Source of the DNA: Hydrolagus colliei
Taxonomy: Eukaryota
DNA length: 64,000 nucleotides
Direction of reading: 5' to 3'
NCBI GenBank assembly: GCA_035084275.1
Contig: CM068745.1
Coordinates: forward strand, 48,484,001-48,548,000
Shown here: in pieces, positions 63,840 through 64,000 of the stretch
Layout: every line of letters starts with the position of its first letter
Numbering within the stretch: position 1 is the stretch's first letter
Notes under the pieces: model-generated
Databases searched by the model: none
The model's input: the letters and a program-made list of their open reading frames with translations, nothing else
Told to the model about the DNA's origin: nothing
Made by a program: the position numbers and the translations under genes

Positions 63840-64000
63840 CCATAAATCTGCGCATATAAGGCGCACTTATTTCACGTCGAAAATTCTCGAAAGAGGGTGG
63901 GGCGTCCTATACGCGATACAAGACATTTTGAGCGTCGAAAATTCAAAGTACCGGTGCAGTTGAGAGATGTCTCGACGTGCTTTCGCTGCTTCGTTCAAGC
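63840..64000. mobile_element. Left end of a Tc1/mariner-superfamily (Tc2/pogo-like) element running off the window
   Basis: TA then CCATAAATCTGCGCATATAAGGCGCAC, resembling CCGTA..CG..TATAAG.CGCAC termini; internal inverted gcgtcctatacgcg; abrupt CpG-rich sequence. The right TIR is not visible. Confidence 0.7.

Noticed and set aside
1-64000. CRISPR array, operon or prokaryotic defence system
   Set aside because: No regularly spaced repeat-spacer array or gene-dense coding; the DNA is vertebrate repeat-rich sequence.

Overview
This is AT-rich, repeat-dense vertebrate genomic DNA, probably intronic or intergenic. The repeat complement suggests a cartilaginous fish, most likely a chimaera (inference). 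It includes L2 LINEs with (TTG)n tails, CR1 LINEs, a Penelope-like element, tRNA-headed SINEs with CORE-like and Deu-like middles, and shark-type palindromic Penelope tails. I found no intact host gene: the ORFs I could assign are decayed retroelement RT/endonuclease pieces or low-complexity artefacts, and the rest are short and unrecognisable. The best-supported structures are three complete non-autonomous DNA transposons with readable TIRs and TSDs (plus the left end of a probable fourth), a 5'-truncated L2 ORF2, two CR1s (one with nested L2 inserts) and a rearranged Penelope. The most interesting observations are: (1) two MITEs of different superfamilies sharing one internal architecture (G-rich minisatellite, ATTTACCTT splice donor, NRF1-like motif); (2) a 30-bp hairpin whose six imperfections are all G.U-compatible on the + strand; (3) a candidate 3-nt ATG microexon; (4) decayed minimal hammerhead ribozymes in Penelope-tail palindromes; (5) a telomeric-repeat insertion with target duplication; (6) templated-insertion scars; and (7) an unclassified ancient repeat family. 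TIR, TSD and hairpin coordinates were read base by base; boundaries of decayed repeats are approximate.
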